This document shows positions 1-8,786 of a stretch of DNA of 64,000 nucleotides, one piece after another. Source of the DNA: an uncultured Balneolaceae bacterium (GTDB lineage: Bacteria; Bacteroidota; Rhodothermia; Balneolales; Balneolaceae); contig CAYTTA010000004.1 in assembly GCA_964440655.1 (NCBI GenBank), positions 30,700 through 94,699 on the forward strand. The letters are read 5' to 3'. Each line of letters begins with the position of its first letter. Positions within the stretch are counted from its first letter, which is position 1. A program made the position numbers and the translations under genes. The notes beneath the pieces were generated by a model that was not told where the DNA came from, ran no database searches, and saw only the letters and a program-made list of their open reading frames with translations.

Positions 1-245
1 GCGAGGAGGATGCTAAGGGAGCAGGAGGCACGGAAAGCGTTCCTCACGAGATCCTGGAACGGACGATCTTTGTCGATCATGAACCTTTGGAAATATCATC
101 AACCGATATACGTAAACAGTTTGGCAGCAAGGCAATGGGTGTCTCCGGGCAAAAGCAGGAATCGACCCGGCAAACAGCCCTTCCTGCCATACCCATACCG
201 GAGAAGGTGAGACTCTATCTGGAGGAGCACGACCTCTACCGTTAA
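1..245 (+). CDS. nadD: nicotinate-nucleotide adenylyltransferase, C-terminal fragment (5' end lies outside the window)
   Basis: Frame 3 is open from the window edge to TAA at 243-245. The translation ...HEPLEISSTDIRKQF...EKVRLYLEEHDLYR* resembles the NadD C-terminus (LEISSTxIR and YIxEHxLY). It is absent from the ORF track because there is no in-window start. Confidence 0.6.
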   Translation, partial: EEDAKGAGGTESVPHEILERTIFVDHEPLEISSTDIRKQFGSKAMGVSGQKQESTRQTALPAIPIPEKVRLYLEEHDLYR

Positions 246-259
246 TCCTGGATTCGCTT

Positions 260-1285
260 ATGAATCGTAAAAACTTTCTGTTTCAGGCGGGTGCGCTCCT
301 GTCGGGAGGGCTGCTGATCCGTCCATCAGCCAGCGGTTCACCATTGAGCCGTGCGGATTCTCTGCCGCTGCTTAAACCTCCTCGTCTAAAGGAAGGAGAT
401 ACGATCGGCATGATCGCACCGGCGGGAATTGTCTACGATGAGGAGCAGTACAAACGGATGAAGAGCGTACTCGAGGAGCTGGGGTTCCGCGTCCGGTTCG
501 CCCCCCATGTAAGAAATCGTCACGGTTACCTGGCCGGCCGCGACGAAGAGAGAGCAGAGGATCTGAACCGCTTTTTTGCCGATCCGGAGATCCGGGGTAT
601 CGTCACTGTCCGAGGCGGATGGGGAAGCAACCGGATCCTGTCGCTCGTCGATTACTCCCTGATCCGGGACAATCCAAAATTTTTCTGTGGATTCAGCGAT
701 ATCACCTCACTCCATCTGGCCATACACCGCAAAACGGGGCTGGTCACCTTCCACGGGCCGAACGGAACCTCCGACTGGACGATCTTCACACAGGAGCAGT
801 TTCACGGGATGGCAACGGGATCTCACTCTCTTATGCTGGTCAATCCGCCTGTGGAGAAGGCCGACATCCGGACCATCCGCCCCGGGAGGGCCACCGGTCC
901 TCTTCTTGGAGGAAACCTTACTCTGGTCACCTCACTGATCGGCAGTGAGTACCTGCCTTCGATGGACGGAGCCATACTCTTTCTGGAGGATATCGGTGAG
1001 GAGATCTACCGGGTGGACCGGATGTTCTCCCAGCTTGAGCTGAGTGGAATTCTGGGCCGGCTCGGGGGAGTGGTCTTCGGCCGCTGCACCGACTGCAAAG
1101 TCTCAAATCCTGGTTTTACTCTCGACGATGTGCTGAAACGCTATCTCGATCCGCTCGGAATACCGGCATTTACGGGGTCGATGATCAGCCACGAACCCAA
1201 CATTTTTACGCTTCCTGTCGGTGTAAATGCAGAGATGGATGCGGAGAAGGGGACCCTCCGCCTGCTGGAAGCACCCGTAAGCTGA
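260..1285 (+). CDS. LD-carboxypeptidase (peptidase S66 family), probably exported
   Basis: 341-aa ORF. It has the GFSDITSLH nucleophile-serine motif and an S66-like layout. The N-terminus is hydrophobic (MNRKNFLFQAGALLSGGLLIRPSASG). Confidence 0.8.
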   Translation: MNRKNFLFQAGALLSGGLLIRPSASGSPLSRADSLPLLKPPRLKEGDTIGMIAPAGIVYDEEQYKRMKSVLEELGFRVRFAPHVRNRHGYLAGRDEERAEDLNRFFADPEIRGIVTVRGGWGSNRILSLVDYSLIRDNPKFFCGFSDITSLHLAIHRKTGLVTFHGPNGTSDWTIFTQEQFHGMATGSHSLMLVNPPVEKADIRTIRPGRATGPLLGGNLTLVTSLIGSEYLPSMDGAILFLEDIGEEIYRVDRMFSQLELSGILGRLGGVVFGRCTDCKVSNPGFTLDDVLKRYLDPLGIPAFTGSMISHEPNIFTLPVGVNAEMDAEKGTLRLLEAPVS

Positions 1286-1310
1286 TGCTGCAAGAGTGAT
1301 GGCAGATCGT

Positions 1311-1559
1311 CTAGGCGCCCGGCTCACCGCCATCGCGCATGGACCGGCTCTGGGTGATAAGGTCGCGGATCATCCAGAGAAAAGGGTAGAGGGGGATCAG
1401 GACAGCTATCACAACCCGGATCCATTTTTTCCCTTCCTCCTCCTCGATATGGCAGATGCCGGAGAGCCCTGATATCCAGAAGAGGAAAAAGAGAAACAGG
1501 AGGTAGGAGATGGCCAGCGAGCCGATGAATCCGAAGGTGTTATAGAAGGTTTCCAGCAT
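1311..1559 (-). CDS. small hypothetical membrane protein (2 predicted TM segments)
   Basis: 82-aa ORF that fills the ldcA-der gap. It has two hydrophobic stretches (FGFIGSLAISYLLFLFFLFWISGL and WIRVVIAVLIPLYPFLWMI). No family was recognised. Confidence 0.4.
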   Translation of the reverse strand: MLETFYNTFGFIGSLAISYLLFLFFLFWISGLSGICHIEEEEGKKWIRVVIAVLIPLYPFLWMIRDLITQSRSMRDGGEPGA

Positions 1560-1611
1560 GGTGAAATAGAAAATCCGTATCTTGGGCGATTCTTAAATAT
1601 AGTTTTTTTCA

Positions 1612-2919
1612 ATGAATCCAACCGTATCCATCGTCGGCAGACCCAACGTCGGCAAGTCGACCCTTTTCAACCGCCTGGTGGGCCAGAGGGAGGCCATTGT
1701 CCACGATGAGGTGGGGGTGACCCGCGACCGCCACTATGGCGAGAGTTTCTGGAACGGGGTGGAGTTCAGTGTGATCGACACAGGCGGATACCTGCCCGAC
1801 GATATGGACGTCATTGTCCGGGGCATCCGCGAGCAGGTTCTCATTGCCATCGAAGAGTCCGATCTGGTTCTTTTCGTGGTTGATGTGGAGGCGGGAATCC
1901 ATCCGCTTGACGAGGCGGTCGCCGCGCTTCTCCGGCAGCAGAAGAAACCGGTGATCGTGGTGCCCAATAAGGCGGACAACGAAGAGAGAAGGCTCCAGGC
2001 CGTCGAATTCTACGGGCTTGGATTCGAAGATCTCTATCCGGTCTCCTCGCTCAGCGGATCGGGCAACGGGGATCTTCTGGACCGGATCGTGGAGCTGCTC
2101 CCGGAAAAAGAGCCGGCGGAGAAGAGTGATACACCGAAGCTGGCCTTTATCGGCCGTCCCAATGTGGGGAAGAGCAGTCTGGTGAACGCGCTTCTGAAAA
2201 GCAACCGCTGCATTGTGACCGATATCCCCGGAACCACCCGAGACTCCATAAATACCTTGCTGGAATATGATGGCCGGAACTACGAGCTGATCGATACGGC
2301 CGGTCTGCGTAAAAAGGCACGGGTATCGGAGAATATCGAATTTTACAGTACAATCCGGACTGCCCGGGCCCTGAGAGAGTGCGATGTTGCCATTCTGATT
2401 CTGGATGCCACGAGAGGATTCGAGGTTCAGGACAAGCGGATATTGAGGGAGGCGGAGCAGTTCAACAAGGGGATCCTTCTGGTTCTGAACAAATGGGATC
2501 TGGTTCCCGACAAGGTTACCCATCTCTTCCGGGAGTTTCAGAAGACGATTTATGATCAGGTTCCAACCATGAGATATGTTCCGATTGTATCGGTCTCGGC
2601 CCTGACCCGCAAGCGGGTGGAGAGGGTGCTCGATCTGGCCGAAGAGGTGATCCGTGAAAGAGCCAGAAAGATCCCGACCCCGGAGCTGAATGATTTTATA
2701 CAGAGGATCACGCAAGACCGGCCCCTGCCGGTGAAACGGGGAAAGCAGCTCCGGATCCACTACGCCACCCAGGTAAAGTCCTCTCCTCCGGTCTTCAAGT
2801 TCTTCATGAACAGTCCGGAGGAGATGCCGCCCAATTACCGTCGTTATCTTGAGAACCGTTTCCGGGAAGAGTACGGTTTTACGGGTGTTCCCCTTACCTT
2901 CATCTTCCGGCAGAAATAA
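1612..2919 (+). CDS. der: ribosome biogenesis GTPase Der (EngA), tandem GTPase domains
   Basis: 435 aa with two P-loops (GRPNVGKST and GRPNVGKSS), two DTAG/DTGG motifs, NKxD motifs and a KH-like C-terminus. Confidence 0.95.
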   Translation: MNPTVSIVGRPNVGKSTLFNRLVGQREAIVHDEVGVTRDRHYGESFWNGVEFSVIDTGGYLPDDMDVIVRGIREQVLIAIEESDLVLFVVDVEAGIHPLDEAVAALLRQQKKPVIVVPNKADNEERRLQAVEFYGLGFEDLYPVSSLSGSGNGDLLDRIVELLPEKEPAEKSDTPKLAFIGRPNVGKSSLVNALLKSNRCIVTDIPGTTRDSINTLLEYDGRNYELIDTAGLRKKARVSENIEFYSTIRTARALRECDVAILILDATRGFEVQDKRILREAEQFNKGILLVLNKWDLVPDKVTHLFREFQKTIYDQVPTMRYVPIVSVSALTRKRVERVLDLAEEVIRERARKIPTPELNDFIQRITQDRPLPVKRGKQLRIHYATQVKSSPPVFKFFMNSPEEMPPNYRRYLENRFREEYGFTGVPLTFIFRQK

Positions 2920-3058
2920 GGGGGTGACGGCTTTGAACCCTATTGTACAAACGGTTATTTTACGTTTTTGAAACGCACGTCAGGAGCCGGCTCGAACGGC
3001 CCGACCACGCAGGAAGATATCAAGCAAAATCCAAGCAACCGACGATCCGGGTGATTCC

Positions 3059-3748
3059 ATGAGTGTAAACCTAGAGAAACGGGTACTGAACGCACTGAAC
3101 AAAAACCACGACCGGGAGCGAAAACTCTCCTTCCTGGAGAAGATCTACCTTCCGGAGGTATTCAGAGGGCTCTGGTACAGTTTCAAGCAGATGCTGGCTC
3201 CCAAATTCACCATGCAGTATCCGGAGGAGCAATGGGATCCCCCCGCCATCTTCCGCGGAAGGCCGGTTCTGGTCGAGGACAACGGTCAGGAGCGATGTGT
3301 CGCCTGTGGTCTCTGCGCCCGTGCATGTCCGCCTCTTGCCATCAGCATGCAGGCTGCCGAGAAGGATGATCCGAAGGAGCGCTATCCCACCATTTTTGAG
3401 ATCAACATGCTCCGGTGCATCTACTGCGGCTACTGCGAAGAGGTCTGCCCGGAAGAGGCCATTGTGATGAGCGATGATTATGATATCGTCTTCCATTCCA
3501 GAGAAGAGGCGATCTACGACAAGCAGCGGCTTCTGGTCCCCAAGGAGGAGCTGAAGGAGCGACTCGACTATCTGCGGGAGTACCGCAATCCCCAGTTCGG
3601 TCAGTTCTGGGATTTCCAGGAGGAGAACAACATCCACTCTGTCAGAGACCGGGATCGGGACTGGAACACCGGACTCTCTCTGGTTGACATGCTGGAGCGG
3701 CAGAAGGAGATTGATGCCACCAAAGCGGATTCATCAGCCTGGGCCTGA
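3059..3748 (+). CDS. nuoI: NADH-quinone oxidoreductase subunit I-like 2x[4Fe-4S] protein with a C-terminal extension
   Basis: Two CxxCxxCxxxCP motifs ([12 protein letters not shown] and [12 protein letters not shown]) plus the NuoI-type N-terminal TMQYPEE motif. No other nuo genes lie in the window. Confidence 0.8.
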   Translation: MSVNLEKRVLNALNKNHDRERKLSFLEKIYLPEVFRGLWYSFKQMLAPKFTMQYPEEQWDPPAIFRGRPVLVEDNGQERCVACGLCARACPPLAISMQAAEKDDPKERYPTIFEINMLRCIYCGYCEEVCPEEAIVMSDDYDIVFHSREEAIYDKQRLLVPKEELKERLDYLREYRNPQFGQFWDFQEENNIHSVRDRDRDWNTGLSLVDMLERQKEIDATKADSSAWA

Positions 3749-3759
3749 TTCGGGACGTC

Positions 3760-4311
3760 ATGGCAAAAGAGATATCCCAGGGGCAGCTCAACGAAATTCT
3801 TCAGGATGCCACCTATATAGGGGATGAGGCGGAGGCTCTCCGCTATGTGATCGACACTGTACCGTACGATCAGGCGATCCCCGGAAACAGTTCCATCCTG
3901 GAGAAGCTTCTCTTGCTCGACCATCTCCAGCTGAACTTTTTCCGCCCTGTTTTTGAGCGGGTCGAGTCGGAACCGGGGCAGCCTGTCCGTACCGGCGATC
4001 TGGCTGTTATCAGCCAGACGTTCGAAATCGGTGAGGATGCAGGTCCGTTCGATATTCAGAAGGTGCTTGGGAAACTCTCCAAGCATCGAGCCGCCCTGGT
4101 CAGTATCCTGAAACGGATTCCTCTCATCGATTGGGAGCGCGAACTTCAGAACGGTTCGAAACGGATCACACTTTATGATTTCGTTCAGGAGATGATCTAC
4201 AACGACCGCAAAGTACTGAAGGAGATCGCCGATCTGGTTGCCATTTTCCAGCAGGATAGTCATACGCAACGGGAGATTCAGGCAAAAGCCCGCAAACAGA
4301 CACTCAACTAA
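3760..4311 (+). CDS. hypothetical protein
   Basis: 183-aa ORF starting 11 nt after nuoI with compatible codon usage. No family was recognised. Confidence 0.5.
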   Translation: MAKEISQGQLNEILQDATYIGDEAEALRYVIDTVPYDQAIPGNSSILEKLLLLDHLQLNFFRPVFERVESEPGQPVRTGDLAVISQTFEIGEDAGPFDIQKVLGKLSKHRAALVSILKRIPLIDWERELQNGSKRITLYDFVQEMIYNDRKVLKEIADLVAIFQQDSHTQREIQAKARKQTLN

Positions 4312-4323
4312 CCGGAGTTCGTT

Positions 4324-4914
4324 TTGTGGAGTGAAATCCTGATTGTGACCTGTTCACTTGCGGCCATGGTCCCGCTCTGGTATGAATCAGGAAGGGGGCA
4401 TGTCACGGTTAAATCGCTCTTATCCATTACGCTGGCGAGCATTCTTCTGATCTTTCTCCCTCACATTCGTGAACACATTCCCACAGACTGGGGAATGATC
4501 ATCGGCATCACCTCGCTCCTGATTTCACTGGCCGTCATCATCCACTATCTCAAGCCGGTCCATCTTCGTTTTCCGGTTGCCTTCTCTTTTACGCCGGCCG
4601 TCATCATACTTTTCTATCCGCTCATAGAAGGGGCATACATTCTGAAAGAATTGCTGAATCAGTTGCTGCAGGGTGGGGCGCTCTTTATCGGTGCGATGCT
4701 CTATCCAACCCTTCATAAAAAATTGCGGTACTCATTTATTCTGTTGTCAGGTCTCATACTGCTTTTAGCAGCCTACGTGATCTACTGGTTTACCGGGATC
4801 GGACAGTTGAACGGCTGGATCTGGCATCTCTGTCTGGCTGGCGGCCTGGTGGTGACTGCCTTCGGGATTCGCCAGATCCTGGGTCTGATGTCTCCTGAAA
4901 GGAGGGAGCCGTAG
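4324..4914 (+). CDS. hypothetical polytopic membrane protein
   Basis: 196-aa ORF with a TTG start per the ORF track and about 6 hydrophobic segments. It is tightly spaced with its neighbours. Confidence 0.55.
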   Translation: MWSEILIVTCSLAAMVPLWYESGRGHVTVKSLLSITLASILLIFLPHIREHIPTDWGMIIGITSLLISLAVIIHYLKPVHLRFPVAFSFTPAVIILFYPLIEGAYILKELLNQLLQGGALFIGAMLYPTLHKKLRYSFILLSGLILLLAAYVIYWFTGIGQLNGWIWHLCLAGGLVVTAFGIRQILGLMSPERREP

Positions 4915-4915
4915 C

Positions 4916-5428
4916 GTGTTGAGTGGTTTGAACAGGCTGAAGCCGGGTGATATCTTGCCAGACTGGAATCTGCAGGGGCCTGATGGAGAGACGGTTTCAC
5001 TGAAGAGGTGGTTCGATCAAGGACCTCTGTTGCTCCTTGTTCTTCCTCCATTTGCGGATCCAGATTCAGACCCAGGTTCTGGAAGTGAAGATCCTGCCTC
5101 CGCCAGATGGGCCCGGAATCTGGCCTCCACCATCCGCGACAACATGAAACTCTATCGCACCCTCCGGACCGAGGTGGTGGCGATTCTTCCGATAAAGCCT
5201 TCCGATCTTGAGACGTTCCGAAAAGCAGAAAATCTCCCGTATGAGTTGTTGAGCTTCCAAGGTGAACTGGAAATAAGCGGAAAAGACTCAAAACTTGAAA
5301 AAGAGGACGAAAAGAGAGCGGCAGTGGTTGTCATTCAGAGAGATGGAACAGTGCATCATCTTCAGATTCTTGCCGGACCCGATGACAAGCTTGATCTGAT
5401 CGGGCTGATGATGGCGCTTCGGGCATAG
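4916..5428 (+). CDS. thioredoxin-fold, peroxiredoxin-like protein with no cysteine
   Basis: 170 aa. The N-terminal pattern PDWNLQGPDGETVSLKRW..PLLLLVLPP and the C-terminal VVVIQRDGTVHHL resemble the AhpC/TSA layout. The protein contains no Cys, and an acidic Gly/Ser/Asp insert sits where the peroxidatic Cys is expected. Confidence 0.45.
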   Translation: MLSGLNRLKPGDILPDWNLQGPDGETVSLKRWFDQGPLLLLVLPPFADPDSDPGSGSEDPASARWARNLASTIRDNMKLYRTLRTEVVAILPIKPSDLETFRKAENLPYELLSFQGELEISGKDSKLEKEDEKRAAVVVIQRDGTVHHLQILAGPDDKLDLIGLMMALRA

Positions 5429-6000
5429 ATAAAGATCCGGGTCTGTCTGGTGGGCCGGGTTTGAATGCGCTCAAAATCGTGATTGATGCTCCGAGGCTAA
5501 AGGGTTCCTGATCCCAGACTTCCATTTTCCATTCGTTTCTAATCGAGTGACCTGACCGATCTCCTGGTCGGAGGTTCGTATAGAAATCCGGTAGCGGAGG
5601 AGTGCTACTCAACCAGATTTTCGATCGGCTCCTTAAGCAATTAGCGCAACCCCGATGTAACTGAATCGGTCCAACTATAATTGATTTGCAGGGTAGGTTC
5701 CTGAATCTGCGGGTCTCTCCAATCCCTACTTAACATAATATATATTATACGCCCAAGGGGCGACCGGGAATTGAGCGGTGCACATGATCACAGATTTGGG
5801 CTTGGTCGTTTATTTAGATTCCAGCTCGCTCGAACCATCCCATGGGTGCTGGATGTAATGTCAAGGGCTGTCAAGCGCCAATGGCGCTATTGGAGTTTAT
5901 TCCGATTCAGGCCGTTTAATTGGAATAACAACCCTAAAGTCAAGAGTATGATGTTCAGCTCTATGGCCGCTTATTCTGTTATTGTCTCTCTTATTGGAAT

Positions 6001-6024
6001 AACTGTCCAACTGTCCAACTGTCC
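6001..6024. repeat. three perfect tandem copies of the 8-mer AACTGTCC
   Basis: Read directly from the sequence: aactgtcc aactgtcc aactgtcc. It lies inside the low-GC non-coding stretch 5429-6207. Confidence 0.95.
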
Positions 6025-6207
6025 AAACGATCAAGCGAATACAACCTGGTTGGATAGTTGAGATAAATATTGGCACCAGAACAAGATAGAATCTAGATCT
6101 AGAACTGATCTCAACCATCGGGTTGCATCCCTTTTCCCATTCCGATACAATCACTCTCTCACTTTCATTCTCTCATTTTGCCATATTATTTTCCCGCCCC
6201 AGCCGAA

Positions 6208-6564
6208 CTAATTCTCTTCTACCGCCACCTCAAATCTCCCATCCGTATTAGGTGTCAGATCGATTTTGTCGATGATGGCATCCAGATTGATTTTCTCGCT
6301 TATTTCCGGTGATTTTCCATCCTCCGACCAGGAGATCGGACTGGACACTCGATGGGTATTGATAACCAGCAGCAGTACTTTTCTTCTACCATCAAATTTC
6401 CGGTTTGCCACCTCCTGAATCTCGGAACCAAGGCAGCAGGGAATCACTTGGGATCTCTCTTCACCGGGACTATCCGCATAGTAAAATCCCTCCCGAAGGC
6501 GATTCTTCCAGTTTCTATTAGAAACCAGGTGAAATATCAAGTCCGGTGTATTCCGTCTATTCAT
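6208..6564 (-). CDS. DUF952-like protein
   Basis: 118 aa. The IFHLVSxxxW...FYYADSPGEE...IPCC...EVANRKF...LLLVI pattern resembles the DUF952 family. Confidence 0.6.
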   Translation of the reverse strand: MNRRNTPDLIFHLVSNRNWKNRLREGFYYADSPGEERSQVIPCCLGSEIQEVANRKFDGRRKVLLLVINTHRVSSPISWSEDGKSPEISEKINLDAIIDKIDLTPNTDGRFEVAVEEN

Positions 6565-6748
6565 TAAAGATTGATTGTATCACTGGTTCAGCCCCGCGGA
6601 AATGAATGCTGCGGTCGGCTTAACAAATTCGATTTGCAGTTCAATATACGGCTCTTCCCAACCTCCTGCCTTCTTGACGTTTTGCCGTAAACCACTTTAA
6701 ACTCCGCATCAGTCCGTATCAGACCGACATGCGCATCAGGCCGCCATT

Positions 6749-7687
6749 TCAAGCGTCACTCTTGATCCGTCTTCTCCGTTCCGGTCTCTTTCTTGCTGCC
6801 AGGACCTTGCTTTCGATAAATTCAATTATGATGCCTGCGATATCTTTCCGGGTTGTTTTTTCAATTCCCTCCAAACCCGGAGAAGAGTTCACCTCGAGTA
6901 CCAGAGGACCCCGGTCCGACTGGAGCATGTCCACGCCCGCAATGGAGAGTCCCATTGCTTTCGCGGCAGTAAGTGCTGTAGTCCGCTCCTGCCGGGTCAG
7001 CTTGATGAGTTCGCTGCTTCCCCCCTTGTGCAGATTGGCCCGGAACTCCCCATCCTTGCCCTGCCGTTTCATGGCACCCACGACCTTGCCATTGACAATA
7101 AATACCCGGATATCGGCCCCTTTCGCCTCCTGAATGAATTCCTGGACAATGACCCGGGCCTTCATACTGTGAAAAGCCTCGATGATCGATTCTGCCGCTT
7201 TTTTGGTCGGTGCAAGTACCACTCCGTACCCCTGTGTTCCCTCCAGGAGCTTGACAATCAAGGGAGCTCCACCCACACTTTCAATAATCTTCTTCACCTC
7301 TTTTGAGTAGTTCGTGAAGACCGTTTTGGGCAGTCCGACGCCTGCACTGGAGAGTATCTGAAGGCTGCGCAGTTTGTCTCTTGATCGTACCAGGGCCTGG
7401 GAGTCGACCGAGGTGAAGACATCCATCATCTCAAACTGGCGCACCACGGCAGCTCCGTAGAAGGTCATGGAAGCGCCGATTCTTGGGATCACGGCATCCA
7501 CATCCCGGATCGGTTCTCCGAAGTAGTAGATCGCGGGATTGTCCTTCTCAATAACGATGTCACATTTAAGGTGGTCCAGCACCAGTGCCTCATGACCTCT
7601 CTGTTCAATCGCTTCTATCAGTCGGGATGTAGAATAAAGCGTTCGATCTCTGGAGAGGATGGCAATCTTTAATTTGTTGTCCTGCAT
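6749..7687 (-). CDS. rimK: RimK-family ATP-grasp alpha-L-glutamate ligase (ribosomal protein S6 modification type)
   Basis: 312 aa. [17 protein letters not shown] at the N-terminus, an ATP-grasp core ([45 protein letters not shown]) and a basic C-terminal tail. Confidence 0.9.
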   Translation of the reverse strand: MQDNKLKIAILSRDRTLYSTSRLIEAIEQRGHEALVLDHLKCDIVIEKDNPAIYYFGEPIRDVDAVIPRIGASMTFYGAAVVRQFEMMDVFTSVDSQALVRSRDKLRSLQILSSAGVGLPKTVFTNYSKEVKKIIESVGGAPLIVKLLEGTQGYGVVLAPTKKAAESIIEAFHSMKARVIVQEFIQEAKGADIRVFIVNGKVVGAMKRQGKDGEFRANLHKGGSSELIKLTRQERTTALTAAKAMGLSIAGVDMLQSDRGPLVLEVNSSPGLEGIEKTTRKDIAGIIIEFIESKVLAARKRPERRRRIKSDA

Positions 7688-8129
7688 TAAGATACTCGTT
7701 ACTCATGATGTATTTTCTGGATACGTCCACCACAAATCGGTTCTGTATGAACTTCCGCCCCAACAGGACCGGATACTTCATCTCCGAGCGGTCGCTCAGA
7801 GAAAACTCAACCTCGTACCTCTGGCCCGCAAGTTCGAGCAGAGTCTGAATGATGATCCGTTTTTCACTCATCCCGTTCGAGCTGCGGATCTTCCGGATAT
7901 CATGAACAGGATAGGTGAACCGGCGGTCGGAGAACTCCGGATGAGACGGATCGAGCACATTAAAGGAGACCGTCCTGCCGTCTTCAGACACTTCGATCCC
8001 GTTGCAGTGCAGACTTGAGGTGTAGGCGCCGGTATCGATTTTCGCATCCAGGTTCGTCAGGTCCCATTCAGGGAAATCAACTTTTTCGATGCGTCCGATC
8101 CAGCTTTTTTCCTTTTTCCCTGTTTTCAT
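7605..8129 (-). CDS. retropepsin-like aspartic endopeptidase (DUF785, 'ATP-dependent zinc protease', RimB-like)
   Basis: 174 aa with the [13 protein letters not shown] (DTGA) motif and ...[20 protein letters not shown] typical of the family that accompanies rimK. The frame stays open 83 nt into rimK. Confidence 0.75.
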   Translation of the reverse strand: MKTGKKEKSWIGRIEKVDFPEWDLTNLDAKIDTGAYTSSLHCNGIEVSEDGRTVSFNVLDPSHPEFSDRRFTYPVHDIRKIRSSNGMSEKRIIIQTLLELAGQRYEVEFSLSDRSEMKYPVLLGRKFIQNRFVVDVSRKYIMSNEYLNAGQQIKDCHPLQRSNALFYIPTDRSD

Positions 8130-8219
8130 ATCTCCGTATTATAATCGCACCGACGGGTTTGGGGTGAATGCCCTCCGAACCGATGATTAAACGGACAATG
8201 ATCGCCTTTCTTGTTGCCC

Positions 8220-8753
8220 ATGAAACAGTTCCCCGAACCCTCAGACCTGCTCATTGCTGAAGAAAAGTACTCACGCCACTGGAAAAAGATCAGCCTTGCC
8301 GGATTGATCCTCTCCCTGACCCTGGTGCTCTTCTGGCTTCATGCCGATTCCGATCCGGACAAGATCGTCCTGGCAGGAGTTCTCCGATTGGGCGCTTTCC
8401 TCTGTTTTGCACTCTTTCTGCTGAGCTGGTTCAAGGTACGGCAAGGGCAGATCCGGGTTGAACTCCACTCTGAAGGTCATCATCTGCGGATCCGGTACCG
8501 GTTGCGGGACCGGATCGTTTCTGAAGAACGACTCGATCTACGCCGGATAAAAGATATCGAAATCTCCGGAATGCCGGATCGGACGGTGGCTGATGAGTTC
8601 AAACGAGCCTCTTTCACCCTCCGCTACCGCCTGAAAGACTCCGCCGACCCGATCTGGCTGTTTGATGTTGGTGACCGGATCCTCCCTTTCGACCGGGCCA
8701 CATCAGCTGAAATCCTGGAATTCCTCCGAACACGGCTGAATCAGAACAAATGA
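8220..8753 (+). CDS. hypothetical membrane protein (2 TM segments plus a soluble C-terminal domain)
   Basis: The ORF track begins at TTG 8211, and the first ATG is at 8220. Two hydrophobic helices are followed by a charged beta-rich domain. No family was recognised. Confidence 0.5.
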   Translation: MKQFPEPSDLLIAEEKYSRHWKKISLAGLILSLTLVLFWLHADSDPDKIVLAGVLRLGAFLCFALFLLSWFKVRQGQIRVELHSEGHHLRIRYRLRDRIVSEERLDLRRIKDIEISGMPDRTVADEFKRASFTLRYRLKDSADPIWLFDVGDRILPFDRATSAEILEFLRTRLNQNK

Positions 8754-8786
8754 GCCGACCTGAACAGATGAACTGAACAGAACAGA

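Noticed and set aside
5448-5465. A tRNA/tmRNA-like 3' end on the minus strand (TTCAAACCCGGCCCACCA), considered as a tRNA gene or a tRNA-derived att site
   Set aside because: The flanking sequence cannot form a T-stem (GCGCA versus CCGGC do not pair), and no acceptor stem or cloverleaf could be built. The site also overlaps or abuts the end of the 4916-5428 CDS.
5549-5557. GGTCAGGTC on the minus strand, reminiscent of the SRP RNA domain IV 5' strand
   Set aside because: The partner GGAAGCAGCC-type motif and the closing helix are absent, so it is a chance 9-mer.
5757-5778. A tmRNA-like 5' end (GGGGCGACCGGGAATTGAGCGG)
   Set aside because: There is no complementary 3' acceptor strand (TCGCCCCACCA), no T-arm (GGTTCGA-type) and no tag-peptide reading frame within the next ~450 nt.
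5700-6200. The AT-rich palindromic region considered as a replication origin
   Set aside because: I could find no DnaA-box-like TTATCCACA or TGTGGATAA sequences. There is no dnaA, dnaN or gidA context.
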